Assembly (NCBI RefSeq): GCF_030144855.1
Contig: NC_082710.1
Coordinates: 151,404,001-151,468,000, forward strand
From: Hypanus sabinus
Lineage: Eukaryota
Direction: 5' to 3'
DNA: 64,000 nucleotides
Position numbers and translations under genes: made by a program. This document shows positions 35,279-49,479 of the stretch, in pieces (the first letter of the stretch is position 1; each line of letters opens with the position of its first letter). The notes below the pieces were generated by a model. It was given only the letters and a program-made list of their open reading frames with translations. It was not told the DNA's origin and searched no databases.

Positions 35279-37749
35279 ACCTGCATGCTTACTTTCAGTG
35301 ACTAATGAACAAGGACACCTGGATCTCATTGTACTTCCCCTTTCCCTAACTTGACACCATTCAAGTAGTAATCTGCCTTCCTGTTCTTGCCACCACAATG
35401 GACAATCTCACATTTACCCACATTAAACTTCATCTGCCATGCATCTGCCCTTTCACCCAACCTGTCCAAGTCACCCTGCATTCTCATAACATCCTCCTTA
35501 CATTTCACACTACCATTCAGCTTTGTGTCATCTGCAAACTTGTTAAAGTTACTTTTAATCCCTTCATCGAAATCGTCAATATATATTTTAAATAGTTGCT
35601 GTCCCAGCACCGAGCCTTGTGGTACCCCACTAGTCACTGCCTGCCATTCTGAAAAGGACCCGTTAATCCCTGCTCTTTGTTTTCTGTCTGCCAAACAATT
35701 TTCTTTCCATGTCTGTACCCTACCCCCAATACCATGTGCTCTAATTTTGCCCACTAATCTCCCATGTGGGACCTGATCAAAGGTTTTCTGAAAGTCCAGG
35801 TACATCCACTGGCTCTTCCTTGCCTATTGTCATAGTTACATCCTCAAAAAATTCCAGAAGATTAGTCAAGCATGTTTCCCCTTTTGTAAATCCATGTTGA
35901 CTCAGACTGATCCTGTTACTGCTATCCAAATGTGGCGCTATTTCGTCTTTTATAATTGACTCCAGCATCTTCCCCAACACTGCTGTCAGGCTAACTGGCA
36001 CATAATTCCCTGTTTTCTCTCTCCCTCCTTTCTTAAAAAGTGGGATAACATTAGCTATCCTCCAACCCTCAGCAACCAATCCTGAATCTATAGAACTGTA
36101 GAAAATGATTACCAACGCATCCATGATTTTTGCAGCCATCTCTTTAAGTACCCTGGGATGCAGACCATCAAGCCCTAGGGATTTATCAGCCTTCAGTCCC
36201 ATCAATATACCCAACATCATATTCTGACTAATGTGAATTTCCTTCAGTTCCTCTGGTACCTAGGTGCTCTTGCACTATTACATCTGGGAGATTGTCTGTG
36301 TCTTCCCTAGTGAAGACAGATCCAAAGTACCTGTTCAACTCGTCTGCCATTTCCTTGTTTCCCATAATAAATTCACCCATTTCTGTCTTCAAGGGCCCAA
36401 CTTTGGTCTTAACTAATGTTTTTCCTCTTCACATTCCTAAAGAAGTTTTTACTATCCTCCTTTATATTCTTGGCTAAGTTACCTTCGTGCCTCATCTTTA
36501 CTCCCTGTATTGCCTTTTTAGTTATCTTCTGTTGTTCTTTAGAAGTTTCCCAATCCTATGGCTTCCCACTCATTTTTGCTATGGTATACTTCTTCTCTTT
36601 TATTCTTATACTCTCCTTGACTTCCCTTGTCAGCCATGGTCACCTCCTTAGAATCTTTCTGCTTCTTTGGAATGAACTGATCCTGCACCTTCTGTATTAT
36701 TCCCAGAAATACCTGTCATTGTTGTTCCATTGTTCCACTGTTAGGGTATCCTTCCAGTCAACTTTGGCAACTTCCTCCCTCGTGGCTCCATAGTCCCCTT
36801 TGTTCAACTGTAATACTGACACTTCCGATTTTCCCTTCTCCCTCTCAAATTGTAGATTAAAGCTCATCATATTATGGTCACTACCTCCCAATGGCTCCTT
36901 TACCTTGAGTTCCCTTATCAAATCAGTTTCATTACACAACACTAAATGCAGAATTGCCTTCTTCCTGGTAAGCTGCAGTATAAATGCTCTAATAATCCAT
37001 CTCAGAGGCAGTCCACAAACTCCCTTTCTTGGAGTCCAGTCTACCTGCATGTTGAAATCCCCCATTACCTTTGCAGTCAGTGTAGGATGGGCCAGCACAG
37101 ATTACTGAGTTGAAGGTCCTGCTTCCAAGCCCTGAAACTGTGACTATGTCATCAAGCAGTGTCTGTGAAGATAGGGGTAAGCTGTGTTAAAGTGGCAGGT
37201 TGACGACCTTCAGAACCTGTCAGTTCTGAAAGAAACAGAAATTATAGGTTGCTTAAATGTTTTGAATTCACTGTAGAGGAGCCCCAAGCTGCAGCATCCC
37301 TAGAAGAAAGCTGAATCTGCATTACTTCAGCTTGTATTTTGCAGACAAACCAAAAGAGGCCAAAGAGATGGATGGGGAAGTAAATTGACAGGGAACTAGA
37401 AACTCACAGCTACTGCATCTCCACAAAATTGCAACCTCAGCCCTGCAGTCTGCTTCCTGTACATATGTACAGTAACTCTGTGGCTAGACTCTGATATAAC
37501 TCCATCTACATGATACCACCATAGTGGGCTGTCCCTCATTTAATAATTAAAGGATGGGGATACAGACTTTAGTGGCATGGTGTCATGGCACCAGTATTTC
37601 TTGCAGTATCAACAAAACAAAAAAATTGGTTATTGACTTCAGGAAGTGGATGATGCACATGGTCCTGGCTATACCAACAATATTAAGAGTGAGAGGGTTG
37701 AGAGCTACAAGTTTCTAGTAGTGAATATCACCAATAGCCTGTCTGGATT

Positions 37750-39190
37750 TAATCCCCCTGTGTTGAAAGGACAAGGCTGAGGATGAGCCCAAGTGCAGAG
37801 ACAGTCAGGAGACATTCTTCATGTAGCATGTGTGGAAATGGTATTGAGGAGCGATGCGAGGGTATAAATTGTTCCTATCCTGGTTGGCTGCCAGTGTCTA
37901 GTCTGTATTCTGATCACTTATTTTTATGTAATATATCAACAATATGAATGGTGCAATTGACACCTTTGAGCCCAAGTTTACTGATAAAGTGAAGGGGCAG
38001 GTAGTGCTGATGAATCAGGGTGTCCACAGAAGGACTAGATAGGTTGGGAGAATAGGCAATGAAATGGAAGATGGAATGCAGTGAAATGAATGGTTATGCA
38101 CTTTTGTAGAAAGAATAAAGAGATAGATTATTTTCTAAATGGGGAAGTGCAAGGAGACTTGGGAGATCCTGTGCAGGATTCCCTAAAGTTTTTATGTACA
38201 GGCTTCGTTGGTGGAAGGGAAGACAAATGCAATGTTAGTATTCATTTCAAGAGGACTTGAACATAAGACAAGAATAACGCTTTATAAGGCATTTGTTCGG
38301 TGGCACCTGGCATATTGTCAGCAGTTGTGGGTGTCATGGTCCCATCTGGCAACTCCCTATCTTGCTATTACCTCCTTAATTTGGCCCTAATCCCCTTGTC
38401 TGATTTCCAATCATTCCGGTTCCACTATTGCACACCTATTTCCCATTAGTGAACATAGGATAAAATTCGGGCATCAACAGCGATGCTTTGTCAGTTTGTT
38501 AGATGACTTTAGTGTGAGTAAACCTTGTTTCCTGATTCCTTAGGACAGGCAGTTCTAAGCTCTGCATCATTTCCTGGATGCTGTACATAAATCTTGTCTA
38601 CTTATAAAGACTCTCCTGGATACCGGTTCCCCATTTATGATGGTGCTAACACCGCATGACTCTGCTGCTGTACCTGTGTCCTGTACTTGGGTTCATCCTC
38701 AGCCTCGTCGTTGCAACAGTCGGCCTCTTATCTAAGAAAAGAAATGCTGCCATTGAAGAGGGTCTAGAGTAGATTCACAAAAATGATTCTAGGAAAGAAA
38801 GGGTTAATGTATGGCTCTGATGGCTCTGAGCCTGTACTCAGTGGAGTTTAGAAGAATGAGAGAGAATATCAATGAAACCTGTTGAATATCAAAAGGCCTA
38901 TATAGAGTGAATGTGGAGAGGATGACTAGGATAAAACTGAGCAGCCTCAGAATAGAGTTAAGAAGAAATTTCTTCAGCCAGAGAGTGGAATTCAATGCCA
39001 TGTATGGTTGTGGATGAAAAGTATTTGAGTATATTTAAAATGGAACTTGATGAGTTCTTGATTAATCAAGCATCAACGTTTAAAGGGAGATGGAAGGAGA
39101 ATGTGGCTGAAAGGGATAATTAGCATGATGGAATGTCAGTGTAGAATTGATGGACCAAGTTGCCTATCTCTGTTCCTATTCCATATGGTC
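37750..39190 (+). mobile_element. Decayed CR1 3' half
   Basis: RT/C-terminal relics (e.g. ORF 38208..38390, KTNAMLVFISRGLE) and a CR1 3' tail at ~39170. Confidence 0.7.
38332..38718. mobile_element. Solo LTR-like insert, 387 bp
   Basis: TGTCA...CAACA termini, flanked by GTGGG/GTCGG, interrupting collinear CR1 sequence. Confidence 0.7.
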
Positions 39191-40113
39191 TTAAAAACTT
39201 CAATTGTCCTTATTTTTGGATCCAATAAAGTAACAAAGACTGAGGGAAGATCTGATAGAAGTGTATGTAATTATGAGAGACAAAGAAACAGTGGGCAATG
39301 AATAAACTTTTCTCCAAATTCATGCTGTTGAATATTTCCCTCCACAAAAAAAAACCTCTGTCTCACACATCTCCTTTAAAATGAGACCCTTTCATTGGGA
39401 TAAGTTCAAAGGAGAGTTGTGTGGGATTTTAATGAAGTCCATATGGACAGCATTAGGTTAGGATACGACATGAGCCATGAGGCAACTACCCACTCATTCT
39501 GTCACTGACTTCTCAGGCATATTTCAACTGCGCATGGCACAAACCAAAGTGCACACAGTTGAATATCTGATCTGGGACAATTATCAGAGAAAAAAAAAAC
39601 AGCAGACAACCAACCAGCAAAGCTAGCCAGTTGGAGGCAACCACAGTCTGATGGATTTGACTAAAAAAAACATAACATTCAAAATTTGTGTGCTTCACTT
39701 TCTGAAAAAGTGTTTGAAGGAAACACATATATTTCACCATATTGAACCCTGGGATCAGATACGGAATCAGATTCAGGTTTAATATCACCAGTATATGGAA
39801 AGAAATTTGTTAACTTTATGACAGCTGTACAATGCAGTACATGATGCATATAGAAAAAACTGAATACATTAAGTGTACATTAGTATATTGAATTATTAAA
39901 ATGATTAGTGTAAAAAGAGAAATTTAAAAAAATAGTGAGATTGGGTTCGATGTCCATTTAGAAATTGGATGGCAGAAGAGAAGAAGCTGTACCTGAATCA
40001 CAGGGTGTGTGCTTTCAGCTTTCGTACCTCCTTCCTGAAGGTAACATTGAGAAAAGCGTGTGTCCTGGGTGGTGGGGTTCCTTGATGATGACCTACTTCT
40101 GCTCCTTTGTCTT

Positions 40114-43100
40114 ATGAAACGTAGAAAACCTACAGCACAATACAGGCCCTTCAGCCCAATAAGTTGTGCCAAACGTGTTCCTACCTTAGAAATTACTAGG
40201 CTTACCCATAGCCCTCTATTTTACTAAGCACCATGTACCAATCCAAAAGTCTCTTATAAGACCCTATCGTATCTGCCCACCACAATTGCCAGCAGCCCAT
40301 TCCACACACTCACCACTCTCTGAGTAAAAAACTTACCCCTGACATCTCTGTACCTTCTCCCCAGTACTTTAAACCTGTGTCCTGTTGTGGCAACCATTTG
40401 AGCCCTGGGAAAAAGCCTCTGACTATCCACAAAATCCATGCCTCTCATCATCTTATACACCTCTATCAGGCTACCTCTCATCCTCCTTCACTCCAAGGAG
40501 AAAAGGCTGAGTTGACTCAACCAATTCTCATAACGCATGCTCCTCAATCCAGGCAACATCCTTGTAAATTTCCTCTGCACCCTTTCAAAGGCTTCCACAT
40601 CCTTCCTGTAGTGAGGCAACCAGAACTGAGCACAGTACTCCAACATGGGTCTGACCAGAGTCCAATATAGCTGCAGCATTACCTCTCGGCTCTTAAACTC
40701 AATCCCACAATTGATGAAGACCAATACACAATATTCCTTCTTAATCACAGAGTCAGACTGTGCAGCTGCTTTGAGCATTCAATGGCCTTGGACCCCACAA
40801 TCTCTCTGATCATCCTCACTGCCAAGAGTCTTACCATTAATACTGTATTCTGCCATCATATTTGACCTCATACTGGGTTGAACTTCATCTGTCACTTTTC
40901 AGCACAGTTTTGCATCCTATCAATGTCCCACTGTAACATCTGACAGTCCTTCCCACTATCCACAACACCTCCAATTTTTGTGTCATCAGCATACTTATTG
41001 TCCAATCCATCCACTTCCTCATCCAGGTCATTTATAAAAATCACAAAGAGGAAGGGTCCCAGAACAGATCCCTGAGGAACTGCATTGGTGGCTGATCTCC
41101 ATGCAGAATCTGACCCATCTACAACCATTCTTTGCCTTCCGTGGGCAAGCCAGTTCTGGATTCACAATGCAATGTCCCCTTGGATCAGATGGTTTCTTAT
41201 TTTCTTAATAGGCCTTGCATGGGGTACCTTAACAAATGCTTTGCTGAAATCCATATATAGAGCTATAGAACATTACAGCACAGAAACAGGCCCTTTGGTC
41301 CTTCTTGCCTGTGCCGAACCATTTTTCTGTCTACTCCCACTAACCTGCACCAGGACCAAATCCCTCCATATTCCTCTCATCTGTGTACATGTCTAGGTTT
41401 TTCTTAAATGTTAAAAGTGAGTCAACATTTACAACTTCATCTGGTAGCTCATTCCACACTCGCACTACTCTCTGTGTGAAGAAGCCTCCCCTAATGTTCC
41501 TTTAAACTTTTCCCCATTCATCCTTAACCCATGTCCTCTGTTTCTTTTTCCTCCCATAGCCTCAGTGGAAAAAGCCTGCTTGCATTCACACTATCTATAC
41601 CCATCATAATTTTATATACCTCAGTCAAATCTCCCCTCATTCTTCTATGCTCCAGGGAATAAAGTCATAACCTATTCAACCTTTCTCTGTAACTCAGTTT
41701 CTCAAGTCCCAGCAACATCCTTGTAAACCTTTTCTGCACTCTTTCAACCTTATTACTATCCTTCCTGTAATTAGGTGACCAAAACTGTGCACAATACTCC
41801 AAATTCAGCCTCAGCAATGTCTTATACAACCTCAGCATTATATTCCAACTCTTATACATACACAATACTTTGATTTATGAATGCCAATGTACCAAAAGCT
41901 CCCTTTACAACTCTATCTACCAGAGGCCACACTTTTAAGGAATTATTTATCTGTATTCCCAGATCCCTCTGTTCTATTGTACTCCTCAGTGTCCTACCAT
42001 TTACCTTGTATGTTGTATCTTGGTTTGTCCTTCCAAAGTGCAATATCTCACACTTGTCTGCATTAGAATCCATCTGTCTGCACAAAATCCATCTGACATT
42101 TTTCAGCCCATTTTTGCAACTGGTCCAAATCCCTCTGCAAGCTTTGAGAACCTTCCTCACTGTCCACTACACCTTCAATCTCTGTATCATCAGCAAATTT
42201 GCTGATCCAATTTACCACATTATCATCCAGATCACTGATATAGATGAGAAATAACAATGGACCCAGCACTGATCGCTGTGGCATACCACTAGTCACAGGC
42301 ATCCACTCAGAGAAGCAATTGTCCACTACCACTCTCTGGCTTCTCCCATTGAGCCAATGTCTAATCCAATTTATTACCACTCCATGTACATCTGGCAACT
42401 GAATCTTTCTAACTAACTTCCCATGCAGGACCTTGTCAAAGGCCTTACTGAAGTCCATGTAGACAACATTCACTTCCTTTCCCTTCATCCACTTTCCTGG
42501 TAACCTCCTTGAAAAATTCTAATTGATTGGTTAAACATGACCTACCACACTCAAAGCCATGTTGACTCTCCCTAATAAGTCCCTGTCTATCTAAATACAT
42601 GTAGATCCTATCTCTTAGTACTCCTTACAATAATTTGCCTACTACTGGCATCAAGCTTCTCAGCCTATAAATTCCAAGATTACTTTTAGAGCCTTTAAAA
42701 AAAAACAGAACAACATGAGCTGTTCTCCAATCCTCCAGCACCTCACCTGTAGATACCAACATTTTAAATATATCTGCCATGGCCCCTGCAATTTCAAAAC
42801 TAGTCTCCTTCAAGGTCTGAGGGAATGCCCTGTCAGGTTCTGAGGATTTATCTACTCTGATTTTCCTCAAGACAGCAAGCACCTCCTGCTCTTCAATCTC
42901 TATAGGTTCCATGACTTCACTACATGTTTGCCTTGTTTACATACCTCCATACCAGTTTCCTTAGTAAATACAGATGCAAAAAAAAAACATTTAAGATCTT
43001 CCCCATTTCTTCTGGTTCCATACCTAGCCGACCACTGACCTTCAAGAGGACCAATTTTATTCCGTACACTCCTCTTGCTCTTAATATACCTGTAGAAGCA

Positions 43101-45775
43101 CTTTGGATTATACTTCACCTTGGCTGCCACAGCAACCTCATGTCTTCTTTCAGCCCTCCTGATTTCTTTCTTAAGCAGTTTTTGCACCTTTTTGTAATCC
43201 TCAATCACCTTACTTGCTCCCTATTGCCTATGCATGTTATACATTTCTTTCTTTTTCTTTGTCAGAGTTCCAATATCTCTCGAGAACCAAGGCTCCTCAG
43301 TCTTATTCACTTTGCCTTTAATCCGGACAGGATCATACAAACTCTGCACGCAAAATTTCTCCTTTGAAGACCTTCCACTTACCAAAGACATCCTTGCCAG
43401 ATAACAGCCTGTCCCAATCAACACTTCTTAGATCCTTTCTCATTTCTTCAAACTTGTCCTTTTTTTCCAGTTTAGGACCTCAACCGGAGAACCAGATCTA
43501 TCTTTATCCATGATCAAATTGAAGTTAATCGTGTTATGATCACTGGATCCAAAGTGTTCCCCTACACACACTTCTGTCACCTTTCCTAACTTGTTTCCTA
43601 ATAGAAAATCTAATATTGCATCCTCTCTAGATGGTACCTCTATATATTGATTTAGAAAACTTTCCTGGACACATTTTACAAACTCTAACTCATCTAGACC
43701 TTTAACAGTATGGGTGTCCCAATCAATATGTGGAAAATTAAAATCTCCTACTATCACAACTTTATGTTTCCTGCAGTTGTCTGCTATCTCTCTACAGTTT
43801 TGCTCCTCTAATTCTCACTGACTATTGGGTGGTCTATAATCCGACCCCACTATTATTGTCATACCTTTCTTGTTTCTCAGCTCCACCCATATAGCCTCGG
43901 CAGACAAGTCTTCTAATCTGTCCTGTCTGAGCACTGCTGTAACATTTTCCCTGACCAGAAATGCTACCCACCCCCTACACCATGCTTCATCCCTCTGCCT
44001 CTATCACGTCTGAAACATCAGAACCTTGGAGCTTTAAGATGCCAGTCCTGCCCTTCCTGTAGGCAAGTTACACTAATGGCTATAATGTCGTAATTCCATG
44101 TGTCAATCCACACCCTCAGCTTGTATTCTTTCCCCACAAGTCTCCTTGCATTGAAATAGACACACTTCAGAAGATTATTACCACCATACACAAACCTTCC
44201 GTTTGTAAACTTGCATGAACTTTTAACATCATTTATTTTCACCACTGCTCCACTATTTGCTCTGTCACTCTGGTTGCCATCCCCCTGCCAATCTAGTTTA
44301 AACCCTCCCTAATAGCACTAACAAACCTCCCTGCAAGGATATTGGTCCTGCTGTAGTTCATGTGTAATCTTTCTCTCTTGTACAGGTCCCACCTGCCCCA
44401 GAAGAGGTCCAAATGACCCAAAAATCTGAAACCCTGCCCCCTACACCAGTTCCTCAGCCACGTGTTCATCCTCCAGGGCATCCAACTCTTACCCTCACTG
44501 GCACATGGCACAGGTAGCAATCCTGAGATTATCACCCTCTACTACAGCTACTCCTCTTCCTTCATCAATGTGTTTAGCGACATCCTCAAAAACTTCGATC
44601 AGGATTATAAGGCATGACTTGCCCTGGACAACACCATGCTGACTATTCCTTGTCATATTATACCTCTCCAAATGTTCATAAATCCTGCCTCTCAGGATCT
44701 TCTCCATCAACTTACCAACCACTGAAGTAAGATTCACTGGTCTATAAATTCCTGGGCTATCTCTACTCCCCTTCTTGAATAAAGGAACAATGTCTGCAAC
44801 CCTCCAATACTCTGGAACCTCTCCCATCTGGATTGATGATGCAAAGATCATTGTCAGAGGCTCAGCAATCTCCTCCCTTGCCTCCCACAGTAACCTGGGG
44901 TACATCTCATCTGGTCCTGGTGACTTATCCTACTTGATGCTTTCCAAAAGCACCCAGCACGTCCTCCCTCTTAATATCTACATGCTCAAGATTTTCAGTC
45001 TGCTGCAAGTCATCACTGCTATCACCAAGACTCTTTTCCATGGTGAACACTGAAGCAAATTATTCATTAAGTACCACTGGTATTTCCTTCTGTTCCATAC
45101 GCACTTCCCCACTGTCACACTTGATAGGTCCTATTCTTTCCTGTCTCATCCTCTTGCTCTTCACATACTTGTAGAATGCCTTGGGGTTTCCCTTAATTTT
45201 GCCCTCCAAGGCATTCTCATGACCCCTTCTGGCTCTCCGAATTTCCTACTTAAGCTCCTTCCTGTTCAGCTTATAATCTTCTAGATCTCTAACATTACCT
45301 AGCTGTCTGAAGCTTTTGTAAGGTTTTCTTTTCTTGACTAGATTTATTACGGCCTTTGTACACCACGGCTCCTGTACCCTACCATAGCTTCCCTGTTTCA
45401 TTGGAACGTACCTATGCAGAACTCCATACAAATATTTCCTGAACGTTTGCCACGTCTTCCATACTTTTCCCTGAGAACATCTGTTTCCAATTTAAGCCTC
45501 CAATTTCCTGCCGAATAGCCTCATAATTCCCCTTACTCCAATTAAACTTTTTTCTAACTTGTCTGTTCCTTTCTCTCCAAAGCTATTTAAAAGAGATAGA
45601 ATTATAATCATTATCTCCAAAATTCTCTGCCACTGAGACATCTGACACCTGACCAGGTTCATTTCCCAATAACAAATCAAGTACAGCCTCTCTTCTTTAG
45701 GCTTGTCTACATATTGTTTCAAGAAACCTTCCTGAACACACCTAACAAACTCCACCCCATCTAAACCCCTTGCTA
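40114..45775 (-). mobile_element. CR1 (HER1-type tail) split by a second CR1
   Basis: RT relics at 40254-41128 stop at aaatccatata (~41256) and resume at ~44540 (ctactacagctactcc...); further relics at 44495-45833. Confidence 0.82.
41257..44538 (-). mobile_element. Nested CR1, 5'-truncated in ORF1
   Basis: Has its own 3' tail (atagagctatagaacattacagc), RT 42063..42488, endonuclease 43440..43757 and an esterase relic 44293..44535. Confidence 0.85.
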
Positions 45776-46309
45776 TGGTCTTATGTGCTTGGAAGTGAAA
45801 GGGACTGGGGACAGAGTTAGGACACTGTATCATGTTAATAGTAAATGGATACAGGCAGAGAAAGAAAAAATATCAAAAGGTTGGAGACAGCTGCTGGAGA
45901 GTGATGCAAACAGAGTACTACACTTAGACCATAAGACATAGGAGCAGAATTAGGCCACTGAGCCCATATAGTCTGCTGTGCTATTCCATCATGGCTGATC
46001 CTGGATCCCACTCAACCTTCTCTCCCTATCCTTGATGCCCTGACTGATCAGGAGATGATCATCTTCTGCCTTATATATACGCAAGGACATGGCCTCCACC
46101 ACAGACTGTGGCAGGGCATTCAATACATTTACTAGCTCTGGCTTAAAAAAAATCCTCCTTACTTCTGTTGTAAAGGATTGCCCCTCAATTCTGAGGTTGT
46201 GCCCTCTAGTTCTGTATACACCCACCAGAGGGTGTACACCCTCTCCACATCCAACCTATTTAGTCCTTTCAGAATTCGGTAGGTTATATTGAGAACACTA
46301 ATAAATTCC

Positions 46310-47262
46310 AGTCCGTACAGCTGTCAAAGCTGCCAAACATTCTTGATAGTAAATTTGCAGATGGCACAATGGTTGGGGGTGTTTTGCATAGTGTGGAGGG
46401 CTGTCAGAGATTACAATGGGACATGTATAGGATGGACAACTGAGCTGAGAATTGGCAGATGGAATTCAACCCACATAAATGTGAGGTGGTTCATTTTGGT
46501 AGGTCAAATATGATAGCTGAATATGGTATTAATGGTAAGACTCTTGGCATGTGGAGGATCAGAGGGGTCCTGGTGTCCGAGTCCATTAGACACTTAAAGC
46601 TGCTGGGCAGGTTGACTCTGTAGTTACAAAGGCATATGGTGCATTGGCCTTCATCAATCTTGGGATTGAGTTTAAGAGCCGAGAGGTAATGTTGCAGCTA
46701 TATAACAACCTGGTCAGACCTCACTTGGAGTACTGTGCTCAATTCTGTTCGCCTCACTACAGGAAGGATGTGGAAACTATAGAGAAGGTGCAGAGAAGAT
46801 TTACAAGTATGTTGCCTGGATTAGGGAAAATGCCTTATGAGAATAGTCTGAGTGAACTCAGCCTTATCTCTTTGGAGAGACAAAGGTTAAGAGGTGACTT
46901 GATAGAGGTGTTCAAGATGATGAGAGACATTGATCATGTGGATAGTTACAGGCCATTTCCGGGCTGAAATGGCTCGCACAAGAAGGCCGAGTTTTAAGGT
47001 GCTAGGAAGTAGGTACAGAGAAGATGTCAGAGATCGGTTTTATACGCAGAGAGTAGTGAGTGCGTGGAATGGGCTGCCAGCGGCTGTGGTGGAGGCAGAT
47101 ACTATAGGGTATTTTAAGAGACTCCTGGATAGGTAAATAGAGCTTAGAAAAATAAAGGGCTATCTATAAGTCTAGGTAACTTCTAAGGTAAGGACATGTT
47201 CAACACAGCTTTGTGGGCCGAAGTCCCTTAATTGTGCTGCAGATTGTCTATGTTCTATGTTC
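46310..47262 (+). mobile_element. CR1 3' fragment
   Basis: ORF 46644..46967 (LVRPHLEYCAQF...RFTSMLPG); tail tctatgttctatgttc. Confidence 0.85.
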
Positions 47263-48299
47263 AATATGTTAACTGCTTCATTCCCAGAATCATCCTCTTG
47301 AAAATCCTCTGGACTCTTTCTAATGACAACACATATCTTCTGATATGTGGGACCTAAAACTGTGAATAGCAAAGGAGATGACAATGGAGGTAATGTTTTA
47401 GAGGTAACTAGCAAATGAAACAGAACTTTGTGGGCGTGGTGTGAAGAATTTTTGATGAACTGTCTGCATATAATGGGTGAATGGAATCAGGGAGAGTCAG
47501 ATGAAGAGAGTTGAAAGTGGACTGGACTTGTATGAGATAAAGGGGACAAGAATGGGCAGATCAGAAGACTGGAGTGACCGACAACATCTTTCTTGTGAAT
47601 TTCTTCACAGACTTGTTAGATAAAAATGTATGTTTATGAAAACCAGGGAAATCAGCAAGGGTAGAACACCTTTGCGTCAATACTTTGCACTATTCTACTG
47701 CATTTTAAACTTTTGCATTGGTCCTAGAGATGATCCAGGCTTTGGGGGCAAAGCTCAATTTCAGTTGATTTTGAATTACCCTTTAAGGTTTTTAATACAA
47801 CCATAGATAAGTTCATAAGTTTCTATGGCCTATTGAGTCTGCTCTGCCATTTCATCATGGTGGATCCATTTCCCCTCTCAACCCCAATCTCTGGCCTTCA
47901 CCCCATATCATTTCATATCATAACTAATCAAGAATCTACCAACCTCTGCCATAAAAAGACATAAAGACCTGGCTTCCACAGATGCCTGTGCCAATGAATT
48001 ACACAGATTTACCACTCTGGTTTAAGAAATTCCTCCTAATCTTAATTGAAAAATGATGGACCTCTATTTTATGGCTGTGTCCTCTGGTCTTGGACACTCA
48101 CATATCCTCTCCATATCCACTCTATAACAAGGCCTTTCACTATTCAATATGTTTCAACAAGGTCACCTGTGATTCTTCTGAATATTCGTGAAAACAGCCC
48201 AGAACCATCAAAAACTCATTACATGACAAGTCATTTAATCCTGGAATAATTTTCATGACCCTCTTTTGAACCCTCTCCAACAAATCCTTTCTATGAATT

Positions 48300-48880
48300 G
48301 AATTGAAATGTATTTATTTCTTACATCCTTCACATACATGAGGAGAAAAAATCTTTACATCTCCATTTAATTGTGCAATTTATAGTAAATTTTATAAATA
48401 GTATGTATAACAGGATAGACAATATAGCACAGAGATACAATTGTATCAGTGTGAGTTGGTCAGTCTGATGGCCTGGTAGAAGAAGCCATACTGGAGGCTG
48501 TTGGTCCTGGTTTTAATGCTGTGGTACAGTTTCCCAGATGGCAGCAGCTGAAACGGCTTGTGATTGGATTGATTCAGGTCCCTTTAAATGTACCTGTCTT
48601 TGTAAATGTCCTGAATACTGGGAAGTTCACATCTACAGATACACTGGGCTGTCTGCACTATGTGCAGAGAGCTGCAACACAGGGAAATACAGTTCCCATA
48701 CCAGGTAGTGATGCAATGACTCAGCAAACTTTCAATTGTGACCCTGCAGAATGTCCTTAGGATTTGGAGAACAATATCAAACTTCTTCAACTGCCTGAGT
48801 TGAAAGAGGTGCTGTTGTGCATTTTTCACCACACAGCTGGTATGTACAGACCACATGAGATCTTCATATTTAACCATATA
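48300..48880 (-). mobile_element. Rex1/Babar-like LINE 3' fragment
   Basis: ORF 48584..48877: VVKNAQQHLFQLRQLKKF...TIESLLSHCITTWYGNC. Confidence 0.75.
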
Positions 48881-49479
48881 ACAATTACATCATGAAAACA
48901 GGCCATCTTGGCCCTTCTAGTCTGTGCCGAATGCTTACACAGATGGACTAGCCTACACAATGGTCTAGTCCCACTGACCCGCACTCAGCCCATAACTCTC
49001 CATTCCTTTCCTGTCCATATACCTCTCCAATTTTACTTTAAATAACAATACCAAACCTGCCTCCACCACTTCTACTGGAAGCTCGTTGCACATAGCTACT
49101 ACGCTCTGAGTAAAGAAATTCCCCTCGTGTTACCCTTAAACTTTTGCCCCCTAACTCAACTCATGTCCTCTTGTTTGAATCTCCCCTACTCTCAATGGAA
49201 AGACTATCCACGTCAACTCTATCTATCCCCCTCATAATTTTAAATCCCTCTATCAAGCCCCTCCTCAACCTTCTATGCTCCAAAGAATAAAGACCTAACT
49301 TGTTCAACCTTTCCCTGTAACTTAGGTGCTGAAGCCCGGTAACATTCTAGTAAATCTTCTTTGTATTCTCTCTATTTTGTTGACATTGTTCCTATAATTC
49401 AGTGACCAGAACTGTACACAATACTCCAAATACAGCCTTACTAATGGCTTGTACAATCTTATATCCTCCTTGTTGCCTA

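Larger units (their letters stand above)
34314..37070 (-). mobile_element. CR1 LINE (5'-truncated in endonuclease), host to two inserts
   Basis: RT relic ORFs 34787..34996, 35326..35805 and 35777..36220; endonuclease relic 36697..37098; terminal atagacgatagactatag repeats. Confidence 0.9.
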